From assembly GCA_964479955.1 (NCBI GenBank), contig CAYZNK010000002.1:156955-220954 (forward strand): a stretch of 64,000 nt of DNA, in the 5' to 3' direction. A program made the translations under genes and the position numbers. The notes under the pieces are model-generated. The model had not been told where the DNA came from and searched no databases. It worked only from the letters and a program-made list of their open reading frames with translations. The stretch comes from an uncultured Candidatus Saccharibacteria bacterium (GTDB lineage Bacteria > Patescibacteriota > Minisyncoccia > Minisyncoccales > Staskawiczbacteraceae). Shown in pieces: positions 24,228 to 33,501 of this stretch (positions within the stretch are counted from its first letter, which is position 1; each line of letters opens with the position of its first letter).

Positions 24228-24261
24228 GGGCAAGCCCTTTTAGGACTTGCCCTCTTTTTTT
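24228..24261 (+). terminator. intrinsic terminator
   Basis: GGGCAAG-(11 nt)-CTTGCCC followed by TCTTTTTTT. About 150 nt downstream of the peptide stop. Confidence 0.8.
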
Positions 24262-24339
24262 ATATGAAAATTCAAAAATTCATTGCTTTGCATTGTTTTT
24301 TTTGGTATAAATAGTTTAATATATTTTTAATTTAAAATA

Positions 24340-25542
24340 ATGGACATAAAATATTTTTTTGATAAATATAAAAATAAAATAATTTTTCCTGTTGCGCTGT
24401 TTTTATGTTTTGCAATTATTTTTGCATTGGGGTATTGGGCAGGAGATAAAATGTCTTACTGCGTGCATCAGCCCGGGACAATTGATTTTTCTCTTTTTTG
24501 GGACGCTTATAACAAGCTTAAACAAAACTATATAAATCCAGGCGATATAAATGACGAAAAAATTATTTACGGTGCAATTGAGGGGATGACAAATTCCTTG
24601 AACGACCCGTATACTGCTTTTTTTAATCCAACCGAAGCAAAAAAATTTCAGGATGACCTTTCTGGTTCTTTTGAAGGAATTGGAGTTGAAATTGGCATTA
24701 AAAAAGACCAGCTAGCTGTTATAGCTCCTCTTAAAAACACTCCCGGCGAAAAAGCCGGCTTAAAATCCGGAGATATTATTACCCAAATTGACGGAAAAAG
24801 CACCGCGAATATGACTACAGATAACGCCGTTGATATAATAAGAGGCAAAAGAGGGACAACTGTAACTTTAACAATTTACAGAGAAGGCTGGAAGGACACA
24901 AAAGATATAGATATAATAAGGGATAAAATAGTGATACCTTCGATGAATTGGAAAATCATTGAAGGAGACGTGGCGTATATAGAAATCTATCAATTTGGAG
25001 ACACATTGTTAAGTGATTTTAATTCTGCCGCAAACCAGATACTGCAAAGCGGAGTAAAGAAAATAGTGCTGGATTTAAGAAACAATCCGGGAGGATACTT
25101 AGAAACAGCCAGAAAAATCGCCAGCTACTTTTTATCACCAGACCAAACCGTTGTAATTGAAGATTTTGGAGAAGGAAAAGAGCAGACAATCTACAAGACA
25201 GACGGCAACCACATTCTGCTAAAATATCCCTTGGCTGTTTTGATAAATCAGGGTTCTGCGTCTGCTTCTGAAATTTTGGCAGGAGCTTTAAGAGACAACA
25301 GGGGAATAAAACTGATTGGAGAGAAGTCTTTTGGAAAAGGATCTGTCCAGGAAGTTATCTACTTAAAAGGCAACTCATTTCTTAAGGTTACCATTGCAAA
25401 ATGGCTTACCCCGAACGGCTCATCCATTTCAGAAGTTGGGTTGGAGCCGGACATAAAAGTTGAAGTTAAAAATTCCGATACTGAAACAGAAAAAGACCTC
25501 CAGCTTGAGAAGGCACTTGAAATTATAAACGACTTAAAGTAA
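24340..25542 (+). CDS. S41-family C-terminal processing peptidase
   Basis: N-terminal TM helix, PDZ domain (GIGVEIG...PGEKAGLKSGDIITQIDG), DLRNNPGGYL, GSASASEILAGAL. Confidence 0.9.
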   Translation: MDIKYFFDKYKNKIIFPVALFLCFAIIFALGYWAGDKMSYCVHQPGTIDFSLFWDAYNKLKQNYINPGDINDEKIIYGAIEGMTNSLNDPYTAFFNPTEAKKFQDDLSGSFEGIGVEIGIKKDQLAVIAPLKNTPGEKAGLKSGDIITQIDGKSTANMTTDNAVDIIRGKRGTTVTLTIYREGWKDTKDIDIIRDKIVIPSMNWKIIEGDVAYIEIYQFGDTLLSDFNSAANQILQSGVKKIVLDLRNNPGGYLETARKIASYFLSPDQTVVIEDFGEGKEQTIYKTDGNHILLKYPLAVLINQGSASASEILAGALRDNRGIKLIGEKSFGKGSVQEVIYLKGNSFLKVTIAKWLTPNGSSISEVGLEPDIKVEVKNSDTETEKDLQLEKALEIINDLK

Positions 25543-25586
25543 AATAGTAAAATATAAAAATTAGAGCATAATCTTAAAATACAAAT

Positions 25587-26048
25587 ATGAAAGTAATTCT
25601 ACTACAAGATATTGACGATCTTGGAAAAAAATACGAAGTCAAAGAAGTAAAAGACGGATACGCCAGAAATTTTCTTTTCCCTGAAAAATTGGCAAAGCCT
25701 GCAACAAAAGAAGCGCTGGAACAGCTTGAGTCGCAGAAAGAAATAATTGCCAAGGAAATTGAAGAGGATTTAAAAAAGGCTCAAGAACTGGCATCAAAAA
25801 TTGACGGCTTGGAATTGACTATCCCAGTTAAAATTGGAGAGGAGGGGCAAATGTTTGAATCTGTTAACAGCCAGAAAATCTCTGAAAAGTTAAAAGAAAT
25901 AGGTTTTGAAGTTAAAAAATCCCATATAACTTTGGAGAGTCCAATCAAGGAATTGGGAGAATTCCCCGTAAAAATAAACCTTGAACATAATCTTGAAGTG
26001 GAAATAAAAATAATAATAACAGCAGAAGAAACAAAAGAAGAAAAATGA
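25587..26048 (+). CDS. rplI: 50S ribosomal protein L9
   Basis: MKVILLQDIDDLGKKYEVKEVKDGYARNFLFP. Confidence 0.9.
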   Translation: MKVILLQDIDDLGKKYEVKEVKDGYARNFLFPEKLAKPATKEALEQLESQKEIIAKEIEEDLKKAQELASKIDGLELTIPVKIGEEGQMFESVNSQKISEKLKEIGFEVKKSHITLESPIKELGEFPVKINLEHNLEVEIKIIITAEETKEEK

Positions 26049-27709
26049 TAAAATATATTTTTGTAACAGGCGGAGTAATGTCGGGAGTAGGAAAGGGAGT
26101 AGCGGCAGCTTCAATAGCAAAAATTCTTAAATCTCGCGGTTTTGGTGTCACGGCAATTAAAATCGACCCGTATGTAAACGTTGATGCGGGAACGATGAGC
26201 CCCACCGAACATGGCGAGGTTTTTGTTTTAGACGACGGAATGGAATGCGACCAGGACATGGGCAACTACGAAAGGTTTTTGGACACAAGCTTGTCTAAGG
26301 CAAATTATATGACAACCGGAAGCGTTTATTTGTCGGTAATCAACAGGGAAAGGGCAATGGAATATAACGGAAAACAGGTTGAGGTTGTGCCAAGAATTCC
26401 CCTTGAAGTGATTGATAGGATAAACAAAGCTGCCCAAAAAGAACATGCTGAAATTGTTATTACTGAAATTGGCGGAACTGTTGGCGAATATGAAAACCTG
26501 CTCTTTTTAGAAGCAATCAAAATATTGAAAATAAAACAGCCCAATGATGTTGTCACAATCCTGGTTAGCTTTTTGCCCGCCTTGGGAGCCGGAGGAACAG
26601 AATTAAAAACAAAACCTACCCAGCACGCTGTCAGAAATTTAAATTCCGTAGGATTGCAGCCCGATATTATCTTAGCAAGAGCCGAAGTTCCTTTAGACCA
26701 GAAAAGAAAAGAAAAAATTCAGTTCACCTGCGGAGTTGAAGCAGAAGACGTAGTTTCTGCCCCAAATGTTGAAAGCATTTATGAGGTTCCGGTTAACTTT
26801 GAAAAAGATAACATATCTGAAAGGATTCTGGGAAAATTGCATTTAAAAGCAAAAATCAAGGATTTGGAAGAATGGAAAAAATTTGTTTATGATATACAAA
26901 ATCCAATAGGGCAGGTAAAAATTGGAATTGTTGGGAAGTATTTTGGCACCGGAAATTTTGTCCTTACAGATTCATATATTTCTGTTATAGAATCTGTAAA
27001 GCATGCGGCCTATTCCTTTAAACAAAAGGCAACCATTGAATGGCTGGATGCAGACGCTTACGAAAAAAATAAAAAGCAATTGGAGGAACTTAAAAATTAT
27101 GACGGCATAATAATTCCGGGCGGATTTGGGAACAGAGGCACAGAAGGCAAAATAATGGCAATAGAATACTGCAGAAAGAACAAAATTCCGTTTTTGGGTC
27201 TTTGCCTTGGCATGCAGTTGTCTGTGATTGAATTTTCCAGAAACGTCTGCGGAATAAAAGACGCCACATCCAGAGAATTTGATAAAAAACCAAAAAATCC
27301 GGTTATTGACGTAATGCAGGAGCAGAAAAAAAATATAAAAGAAAAGCATTACGGGGGGACAATGAGGCTTGGAGCATATGACTGCCAAGTCCAAAAAAAT
27401 ACAATCAGCCATAAGGCTTACAAAGACTGGAATAAAAAGGCTGGGCAAGAGGCTTATATTATCTCTGAAAGGCACAGGCACAGATACGAATTAAACAATA
27501 ATTTCAGGGGTGTTTTGGAAAAAAACGGGCTTATAGTTGCCGGAATAAATCCTGATAAAAATTTGGTTGAGATTATAGAGCTGAAAGACCATCCGTTTTT
27601 TGTAGCAACGCAATTTCATCCGGAATTCAAGTCAAGGCCGTTAAAACCGCATCCCTTGTTCAAGGAATTTATCAGGGCGGCAAGAGATTCAAAATTAGGA
27701 AAAAAGTAA
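26045..27709 (+). CDS. pyrG: CTP synthase
   Basis: KYIFVTGGVMSGVGKG, the GATase domain GLCLGMQ, and HRHRYE. Overlaps rplI by ATGA. Confidence 0.97.
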   Translation: MIKYIFVTGGVMSGVGKGVAAASIAKILKSRGFGVTAIKIDPYVNVDAGTMSPTEHGEVFVLDDGMECDQDMGNYERFLDTSLSKANYMTTGSVYLSVINRERAMEYNGKQVEVVPRIPLEVIDRINKAAQKEHAEIVITEIGGTVGEYENLLFLEAIKILKIKQPNDVVTILVSFLPALGAGGTELKTKPTQHAVRNLNSVGLQPDIILARAEVPLDQKRKEKIQFTCGVEAEDVVSAPNVESIYEVPVNFEKDNISERILGKLHLKAKIKDLEEWKKFVYDIQNPIGQVKIGIVGKYFGTGNFVLTDSYISVIESVKHAAYSFKQKATIEWLDADAYEKNKKQLEELKNYDGIIIPGGFGNRGTEGKIMAIEYCRKNKIPFLGLCLGMQLSVIEFSRNVCGIKDATSREFDKKPKNPVIDVMQEQKKNIKEKHYGGTMRLGAYDCQVQKNTISHKAYKDWNKKAGQEAYIISERHRHRYELNNNFRGVLEKNGLIVAGINPDKNLVEIIELKDHPFFVATQFHPEFKSRPLKPHPLFKEFIRAARDSKLGKK

Positions 27710-27724
27710 TTTTTTTGTAAAATA

Positions 27725-27755
27725 AAACCACCCCGATAAGAAAAAGGGTGGTTTT
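27725..27755. terminator. bidirectional intrinsic terminator (pyrG / rpmA)
   Basis: AAACCACCC-(12 nt)-GGGTGGTTT flanked by A-run and T-run, between convergent genes. Confidence 0.75.
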
Positions 27756-27767
27756 AAGAATTTAATT

Positions 27768-28064
27768 TTAGCTCTTTGGGGGTTTGGCGTTGGCTTGGAC
27801 GGAAACTACTTTGGCTGACCTTTGAGTTCCATTAAAAATCCTTTTATTAACAGTGGAAAATTTTACAATCCCGTCTATCATGCTGTAAATAGTATCGTCA
27901 GAACCTTTTTTCACATTTCTGCCCAAAAGATACTTTGTGCCCCTCTGCCTTACTATTATCATTCCAATTTTAACCTCCTGGCCATCGGAAATTTTAATTC
28001 CCAGTCTTTGTGAAGCAGAATCCCTTCCCAACCTGCTTGAGCCTCCTTGTTTGGTTTTTGACAT
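27768..28064 (-). CDS. rpmA: 50S ribosomal protein L27
   Basis: SKTKQGGSSRLGRDSASQRLGIK...IIVRQRGTK. Confidence 0.95.
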   Translation of the reverse strand: MSKTKQGGSSRLGRDSASQRLGIKISDGQEVKIGMIIVRQRGTKYLLGRNVKKGSDDTIYSMIDGIVKFSTVNKRIFNGTQRSAKVVSVQANAKPPKS

Positions 28065-28101
28065 ATTTTTAAGTTTTTTAAGGTTTTTAGCTTAATATAC
28101 A

Positions 28102-28257
28102 ATGTTAACAAAAATATTTGAATTTGTCAAAGCGCATTTTAATGATATAATATTAATTATAATAGTAGCTTTATTGATAATGCTTTCTTTTGCTTCAGGA
28201 TACATAGTGGCTAAATACCAATCCAAAACGCCTGTTCAAATAGAAAAAGCAGATTAA
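28102..28257 (+). CDS. possible small membrane protein (51 aa)
   Basis: Own reading: MLTKIFEFVKAHFNDIILIIIVALLIMLSFASGYIVAKYQSKTPVQIEKAD. It ends 2 nt before uppS. Confidence 0.35.
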   Translation: MLTKIFEFVKAHFNDIILIIIVALLIMLSFASGYIVAKYQSKTPVQIEKAD

Positions 28258-28259
28258 CT

Positions 28260-28946
28260 ATGAAAAACATCCCAAATCATATAGTTTTGTTTCCGGACGG
28301 CAATCGGCGCTGGGCAAAACAAAAAAATATAGCATCCATTGAAGGCCATATGCAGGGATATAAAAACCTTTTGGATTTTTCTGAGTGGTGCAAGAACAGG
28401 GGAGTGAAGGTTCTTACTGCTTTTGGGTTCTCAACTGAAAACTGGAACAGGCCAAAAGAGGAAGTTGATTATTTGATGAAACTGCTGGAAAAATGCTTGC
28501 TGGATAATTTAGAGAAATACGCAAAAGACTCCGTCAAAGTCAGGGCAATAGGGCAAAGGGACAGAATACCCGAATCTCTTAAAAAAGCAATACAAACTGC
28601 AGAAGAGTCCACAAAAGACAACAAAAGCCTGCATTTGAATTTGGCAATCAGCTACGGTGGAAAGTGGGATATTTTGCAGGCAGTAAAAAAGATAGTTGAA
28701 GAAAAAATTCCTGCTGAAAAAATAAACGAAGAACTCTTTGAAAGCTATTTGTCTACTGCGGGTCTGCCGGCTCCGGACCTTATAATCAGGGCAGGCGGAG
28801 AAAAAAGAATGTCCAACTTTGTGCTCTGGCAGGCCGCTTACTCAGAATTATATTTTTCAGACAAACTATGGCCGGATTTTACAGAACAGGACCTTGACCT
28901 GGCAATAGAAGAGTTTGACAAAAGAACCCGCAGATTTGGCAAATAA
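28260..28946 (+). CDS. uppS: undecaprenyl-diphosphate synthase (isoprenyl transferase)
   Basis: HIVLFPDGNRRWA, FGFSTENWNRP, IRAGGEKRMSNF. Confidence 0.95.
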   Translation: MKNIPNHIVLFPDGNRRWAKQKNIASIEGHMQGYKNLLDFSEWCKNRGVKVLTAFGFSTENWNRPKEEVDYLMKLLEKCLLDNLEKYAKDSVKVRAIGQRDRIPESLKKAIQTAEESTKDNKSLHLNLAISYGGKWDILQAVKKIVEEKIPAEKINEELFESYLSTAGLPAPDLIIRAGGEKRMSNFVLWQAAYSELYFSDKLWPDFTEQDLDLAIEEFDKRTRRFGK

Positions 28947-28949
28947 AAA

Positions 28950-28979
28950 ACGCCCTTCGCTATGCTCAGGGTGTTTTTT
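28950..28979 (+). terminator. intrinsic terminator
   Basis: ACGCCCT-(11 nt)-AGGGTGT followed by TTTTT. Confidence 0.7.
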
Positions 28980-28995
28980 ATTATTTTCTGCCTGT

Positions 28996-29490
28996 TTATA
29001 ATGTTTTTGCAAGAGTCTGAGCCATCTGGAACCATTTGGGTTGCCTGGGCCTGGATTTATACTTTGCAGACGACTTATGAATTTCTATTAAGGTGTTTAA
29101 ATCGTTTTTCTTCCATGTTGCAAGATATTTTCCTTTATTTTTCTGGATTACCTCAACCCCTTTTGCCCAAAGCTCAAAATCTTTTTTCTTTTTTTCCGAC
29201 AAAGGATTCTTCCTAAAAAACGGAACTACTGTCTGGGCTATGTCTCCGATTTTCTGCACAGAAAACCTTGCCTGGTCTTTTGAAATTGTAATCTGTCCGC
29301 ATCCAATTTCTTTTTGTATTTTTTCCAAAATTTTAAGACTTTCTTTTTGGCAGGTAACCACAAACTGGGCTTTCCATCTGTAATATGTGGGAGCGTTTGT
29401 CCTTTCGTGCCTTGTGTCTTTGCGAAACTGCAAATCAAAGCATCCGTCATTGTTTACAATTTTTGAAACGCTAAAAATATCCTTTGCCAT
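28996..29490 (-). CDS. free-standing LAGLIDADG-family homing endonuclease (single-motif type)
   Basis: IVNNDGCFDLQF is a degenerate LAGLIDADG motif. KILEKIQKEIGCGQITI...FSVQKIGDIAQTVVPFFRKNPL..KKKDFELW is the typical family scaffold. Confidence 0.7.
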   Translation of the reverse strand: MAKDIFSVSKIVNNDGCFDLQFRKDTRHERTNAPTYYRWKAQFVVTCQKESLKILEKIQKEIGCGQITISKDQARFSVQKIGDIAQTVVPFFRKNPLSEKKKKDFELWAKGVEVIQKNKGKYLATWKKNDLNTLIEIHKSSAKYKSRPRQPKWFQMAQTLAKTL

Positions 29491-29706
29491 ATATTATTAA
29501 ATTAAGTTAGGCCTTAAATTTGATATCTATATTAATTATACCAAATATATTATTATGCGACAATACGCAGGTTTAAATATATATAGTTTTTTGCTAAAAT
29601 ATATGCAATACAATGGTTATAGACATTGAGCTCACTTTAAACAGGGGGCAGAAAATATAAAATCGCTTCTATTAAAATAGGAACCTTATTTATATAAATC
29701 TTAATT

Positions 29707-30114
29707 ATGAATCGGATTCAAATATTTTTTTCACAAATATTCGGAGTAGGGAACGTAATTTTTAAAGATAGATATCTAGAACTTTTTAGAATTTTTATTA
29801 TAGAAGAAATTCCTAGTATTATACAAATTATTACTTTTTTTGCTTTTTTGAACTTTTTAACTAAAAGTTTGGTCTTTAATCTTATATTTTGTATATTGAT
29901 TATTATTTTGCTTTATTTGTATTTGTTAGGGAGAATGCATAGATTTTTAGCGGGTCAGATAGAAAACTCAACTTCAGAATTTAACTGTAGTATTTGTGGA
30001 AAAATGGACTTAAAACAAACACTACATAAATGGAACTATTTCGCATTCTTTTTCTCGGTTGTTATTTCGATTATTATGACAATATTCGCAGTTTTTTACA
30101 GCTGTAAAATATAG
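29707..30114 (+). CDS. hypothetical multi-pass membrane protein
   Basis: 135 aa, three hydrophobic segments, CSICGK motif. Confidence 0.55.
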   Translation: MNRIQIFFSQIFGVGNVIFKDRYLELFRIFIIEEIPSIIQIITFFAFLNFLTKSLVFNLIFCILIIILLYLYLLGRMHRFLAGQIENSTSEFNCSICGKMDLKQTLHKWNYFAFFFSVVISIIMTIFAVFYSCKI

Positions 30115-30309
30115 TTTTATAGGATGTCTGGCATTTTATTGTGCAATATAAAATTGTAAATAAGTATAAAATAAGTTAATATAAATTAACAATTAATAAT
30201 AAGCCTAAACTCGTGGATTTTTGCAGGCATGTCGCCATAATGAGAGCCGAGTTCGTTCGGTTTTTTTGGTTAGATTGAAATTTTAGTGGAAAAAGAGTAA
30301 ATTAAAGCA

Positions 30310-31125
30310 ATGGATGGTAAAATTCTTTCAAAGATAAAACAAAACCCATATTTTTCCGAAGGAAATTTTGTTTTATATAACGCAGATAGCATAAAATTAT
30401 TAGAGGAGCTTCCAGAAAATTCTGTAGACATGATTTTTGCAGATCCGCCGTATAATTTATCTAATGGAGGATTCACTGTTCACGCTGGAAAAATGGTTAG
30501 CGTAAATAAAGGAGAGTGGGATAAAAGTAATGGCTTTGAGAAAGATTACAAGTTTCATTACGCATGGCTTCAGGCTTGCAAGCGGGTGTTAAAACCAGGT
30601 GGAACGCTTTGGGTGAGTGGAACATACCACTCAATTTATAAATGCGGACACGCACTTCAACAATTAGGTTACCATATTCTTAATGATATTTCTTGGTTCA
30701 AGCCTAATGCCTCTCCAAATTTAAGCTGCAGATTTTTTACAGCAAGCCACGAAACACTCATTTGGGCAAGAAAAGAAAAAGATGCAAGTCATACGTTTAA
30801 TTACAGAGAAATGAAAGACGGAAATTGGCCAGAAGATTTTATAAAAAAACCAAACAAACAAATGCGATCTGTCTGGGCCATAAATACTCCTCAGTCTTGG
30901 GAAAAAAAATTTGGAAAACATCCAACTCAAAAACCGTATAATCTTTTAGAAAGGATCATCTTATCTAGCACTAAAAAAGGAGACATTGTTTTAGATCCTT
31001 TTACTGGCGGATCAACAACGGGCTTAGCCGCAATTAAACATAGCAGAAAATTTTTTGGAATAGATACGGAGAAAAAATATCTTGACCTATCAATAAAAAG
31101 ATTTAAAAATATTAAATCAAATTAA
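30310..31125 (+). CDS. beta-class DNA methyltransferase (N6-adenine or N4-cytosine)
   Basis: Motif IV FADPPYNL precedes motif I LDPFTGGSTTG, which is the beta permutation. Confidence 0.85.
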   Translation: MDGKILSKIKQNPYFSEGNFVLYNADSIKLLEELPENSVDMIFADPPYNLSNGGFTVHAGKMVSVNKGEWDKSNGFEKDYKFHYAWLQACKRVLKPGGTLWVSGTYHSIYKCGHALQQLGYHILNDISWFKPNASPNLSCRFFTASHETLIWARKEKDASHTFNYREMKDGNWPEDFIKKPNKQMRSVWAINTPQSWEKKFGKHPTQKPYNLLERIILSSTKKGDIVLDPFTGGSTTGLAAIKHSRKFFGIDTEKKYLDLSIKRFKNIKSN

Positions 31126-31129
31126 TAAT

Positions 31130-31651
31130 ATGAAAACAGGAGGTATTGGAGGAGGTAATACAATAACTGGTCTTAATTTTGAAAAAAAGACTGATATTTT
31201 GAACCTTCTCAAGTCTAAAAAAGGTTATAAAGTTTCTAACAGTATTATTTATTATAATGGCGAAGAGGTTGCTAGAAGTTTTAAGAAAAATGGACTTTAT
31301 AAATTTCTTGAAACAAAGGGAGTAGACTACAAAAAAATTCTATCTAAAAAACTTCTGCCAGATGAGGCTATTTATGTAATTATAAATAACACTCTTTTTA
31401 TAATTGAAGTTAAATTCCAAAAAGTCGCAGGTTCTGTTGATGAAAAGCTGCAGACTTGTGACTTTAAAAGAAAACAGTATGCGAAGCTTATGGCTCCGTT
31501 AAACATAGAAGTTGAATACATTTATATCTTAAGTGATTGGTTTAGAAAACCAGAATATAAAGATGTTTTAGATTATATAATATCCGTGGGATGCCAGTAT
31601 TATTTTAAATATTTACCACTGCAAAAATTAGGGCTACCAGTCCCAAAATAA
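31130..31651 (+). CDS. putative type II restriction endonuclease (PD-(D/E)XK)
   Basis: Lies 4 nt downstream of the methyltransferase. PDEAIYV...IIEVKFQK fits PD...ExK. Confidence 0.45.
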   Translation: MKTGGIGGGNTITGLNFEKKTDILNLLKSKKGYKVSNSIIYYNGEEVARSFKKNGLYKFLETKGVDYKKILSKKLLPDEAIYVIINNTLFIIEVKFQKVAGSVDEKLQTCDFKRKQYAKLMAPLNIEVEYIYILSDWFRKPEYKDVLDYIISVGCQYYFKYLPLQKLGLPVPK

Positions 31652-31672
31652 AAATTAATTAAGAAATAAAAA

Positions 31673-32278
31673 ATGGATTTCTTACGACGGGAAATTTTAA
31701 GGTATAAAGTTACAAACTTAAATTTCTTAATAAGGCCCGTTTTTAAAAATTTTGGGGTAATTACAAAAGAGAAAAATCCTAAGGAATATTTTATTTTATC
31801 TGCGCTAAATAAAATATATTCTATAAATGTTTCTTTAGAAAATATTATTTTTACCAACGACATTTTTTTATCAATATATATTTACCGATACGTATATGAG
31901 CTTTATATAAAAATATTTTATATTTTCTCTGGGAAATCTGAGGTTGAAATTCTAGGTAGAATTAATGATTTCTTTGTAGATGGACCCTCCACAGCTAAAA
32001 TTCATCATTGCGAAAAATATTTGGATAAGAGATTCGTACCATCTAAGGTTACCCGAGATCACGCAAAAAAATATAAAATAATGTCTAAATTTGTTCACCC
32101 AAATTTAGCTAGCCTCGCCCTTCATTACCAGGATCGTAAACAGCAATTTGAGTTTCTTATCCCAAATATAAATTTATCAGTCTGGCTTCTTGTTGATCTA
32201 ATAAGATTTTTTCTTAAAAGCGGGCTAATTATAGGAGTTGATGATAGCAAACTATCTGATATACAAAAGATTAATTAA
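31673..32278 (+). CDS. hypothetical protein
   Basis: 201-aa AT-rich ORF, last gene of the R-M islet. Confidence 0.55.
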   Translation: MDFLRREILRYKVTNLNFLIRPVFKNFGVITKEKNPKEYFILSALNKIYSINVSLENIIFTNDIFLSIYIYRYVYELYIKIFYIFSGKSEVEILGRINDFFVDGPSTAKIHHCEKYLDKRFVPSKVTRDHAKKYKIMSKFVHPNLASLALHYQDRKQQFEFLIPNINLSVWLLVDLIRFFLKSGLIIGVDDSKLSDIQKIN

Positions 32279-32349
32279 AAGAATGTCGCAAAAGATACGT
32301 TTACTAAAGCCGGCTTTCAATTAAGTCGGTTTTTTGGTAGAATTAAAGT

Positions 32350-32892
32350 ATGAAAAATGATTATACAAAAAAAGATGGTTTTGCAAAAATGATTTTGCTA
32401 TACATTGCGATAGTTGTGGCTATCTTTGGACTGACTTATTATTTTTTCTTGCTAAGAAATCCGCAAGCCCAAGATAACCAAAGTTCTATAAACATTGGCG
32501 TTGTTCCACAGGATAAAATTTTAAATTTAAGCAATCAGGGACTAACAAGCATTCCTTCATACGTTTTTAACCGAGCGGATTTAGAAGAATTGAATGTTTC
32601 TCATAATTCCTTAACTGGCGCCATTCAGTCTCAGATAGGAAAATTGAAAAATTTAAAAATCATTGACGCCAGCTACAATCAAATGACCGGCGTGCCAGCA
32701 GAGGTTGGGCAACTGCAAAAATTGCAGATTCTTGATTTATCATACAACCAACTGACGGGTTTGCCTTATGAGTTAGGCAACTTAAGCAACCTAAAAACCT
32801 TGAATTTATCAGGAAATTCATATTCCCAACAAGACCTTGACTATATTCGCGATAAACTGCCGCCAACAGTAAATATTATCGTAAATCAATAA
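32350..32892 (+). CDS. membrane-anchored leucine-rich-repeat protein
   Basis: N-terminal TM helix. Five LxxLxLxxNxLtG repeats (LEELNVSHNSLTG, LKIIDASYNQMTG, ...). Confidence 0.8.
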   Translation: MKNDYTKKDGFAKMILLYIAIVVAIFGLTYYFFLLRNPQAQDNQSSINIGVVPQDKILNLSNQGLTSIPSYVFNRADLEELNVSHNSLTGAIQSQIGKLKNLKIIDASYNQMTGVPAEVGQLQKLQILDLSYNQLTGLPYELGNLSNLKTLNLSGNSYSQQDLDYIRDKLPPTVNIIVNQ

Positions 32893-32914
32893 ATTGGTTT
32901 TAATGACCCTAGCG

Positions 32915-32939
32915 ACCGCCTTTCAATTGAGGCGGTTTT
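32915..32939 (+). terminator. intrinsic terminator
   Basis: ACCGCC-tttcaattga-GGCGGT followed by TTT. Confidence 0.7.
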
Positions 32940-32973
32940 AGTTTGCTAAATTTTATTATTTTAAAAGGAAAAT

Positions 32974-33001
32974 TAAAAGCCATCAGCTAAATGCCGTGGC
33001 T
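32974..33001 (-). terminator. intrinsic terminator of the 129-aa gene
   Basis: Minus strand: AGCCA-(13 nt)-TGGCT followed by TTTTAATTTT. Confidence 0.5.
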
Positions 33002-33027
33002 ATAATGTTTATGAAAGGAGAAGGGGA

Positions 33028-33417
33028 TTATCCTAAATAAACTTCGTCGTCACCCTTTGCTAACCGTTCTATGCGGTCTAGAATGTCAGAGGTAACTCCA
33101 TAAAGCCGCAAGTCTGTTATACAGTCTAATATCTCTTTTCTATGTTCATCGCGCGCCTTTTCTAGCGCCAAGCTGGCCAATCTTTCAGCTTTCCGTAGCT
33201 TAACTAATTCCTTGCAGTTCTTTTCAAATTCTCGTCTAGCTTTTGTTGCCTCATCTAGTACGTCTCTAGCTTTTTTCATTTCTGAAGATGCTTTACCCCT
33301 GACCCCCACAAGGACTTCCTTCAAATCCTTTTTACTTGGCGTGTACGGCTTACGAGTTTTTGGCAATCTCGATTGATTTTTTTTCAAAAAACCGGTTAGA
33401 TCATTGCGATTAGGCAT
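33028..33417 (-). CDS. hypothetical coiled-coil protein (129 aa, GC-richer)
   Basis: AAGGAG lies 8 nt upstream of the ATG. Basic N-terminus, then helices KARDVLDEATKARREFEKNCKELVKLRKAERLASLALEKARDEH. Confidence 0.65.
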   Translation of the reverse strand: MPNRNDLTGFLKKNQSRLPKTRKPYTPSKKDLKEVLVGVRGKASSEMKKARDVLDEATKARREFEKNCKELVKLRKAERLASLALEKARDEHRKEILDCITDLRLYGVTSDILDRIERLAKGDDEVYLG

Positions 33418-33470
33418 GCTTGTATCTCCTTTTATTAAACCTTATTGATGTGCCTTGTTGTAATAGAATA

Positions 33471-33498
33471 TAATAACATAACAAAAAAACAGATTCAA
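33471..33498 (-). promoter_or_regulatory. sigma70-type promoter of the 129-aa gene
   Basis: Minus strand TTGAAT (33498-33493), 16-nt spacer, TATTAT (33476-33471). Confidence 0.5.
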
Positions 33499-33501
33499 AC
33501 A

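Noticed and set aside
28962-29383. Plus-strand ORFs (84 and 96 aa) opposite the LAGLIDADG gene
   Set aside because: They are antisense to a frame with a clear LAGLIDADG-family scaffold. They begin inside the uppS terminator and have low-complexity Phe/Ser/Leu-rich translations.
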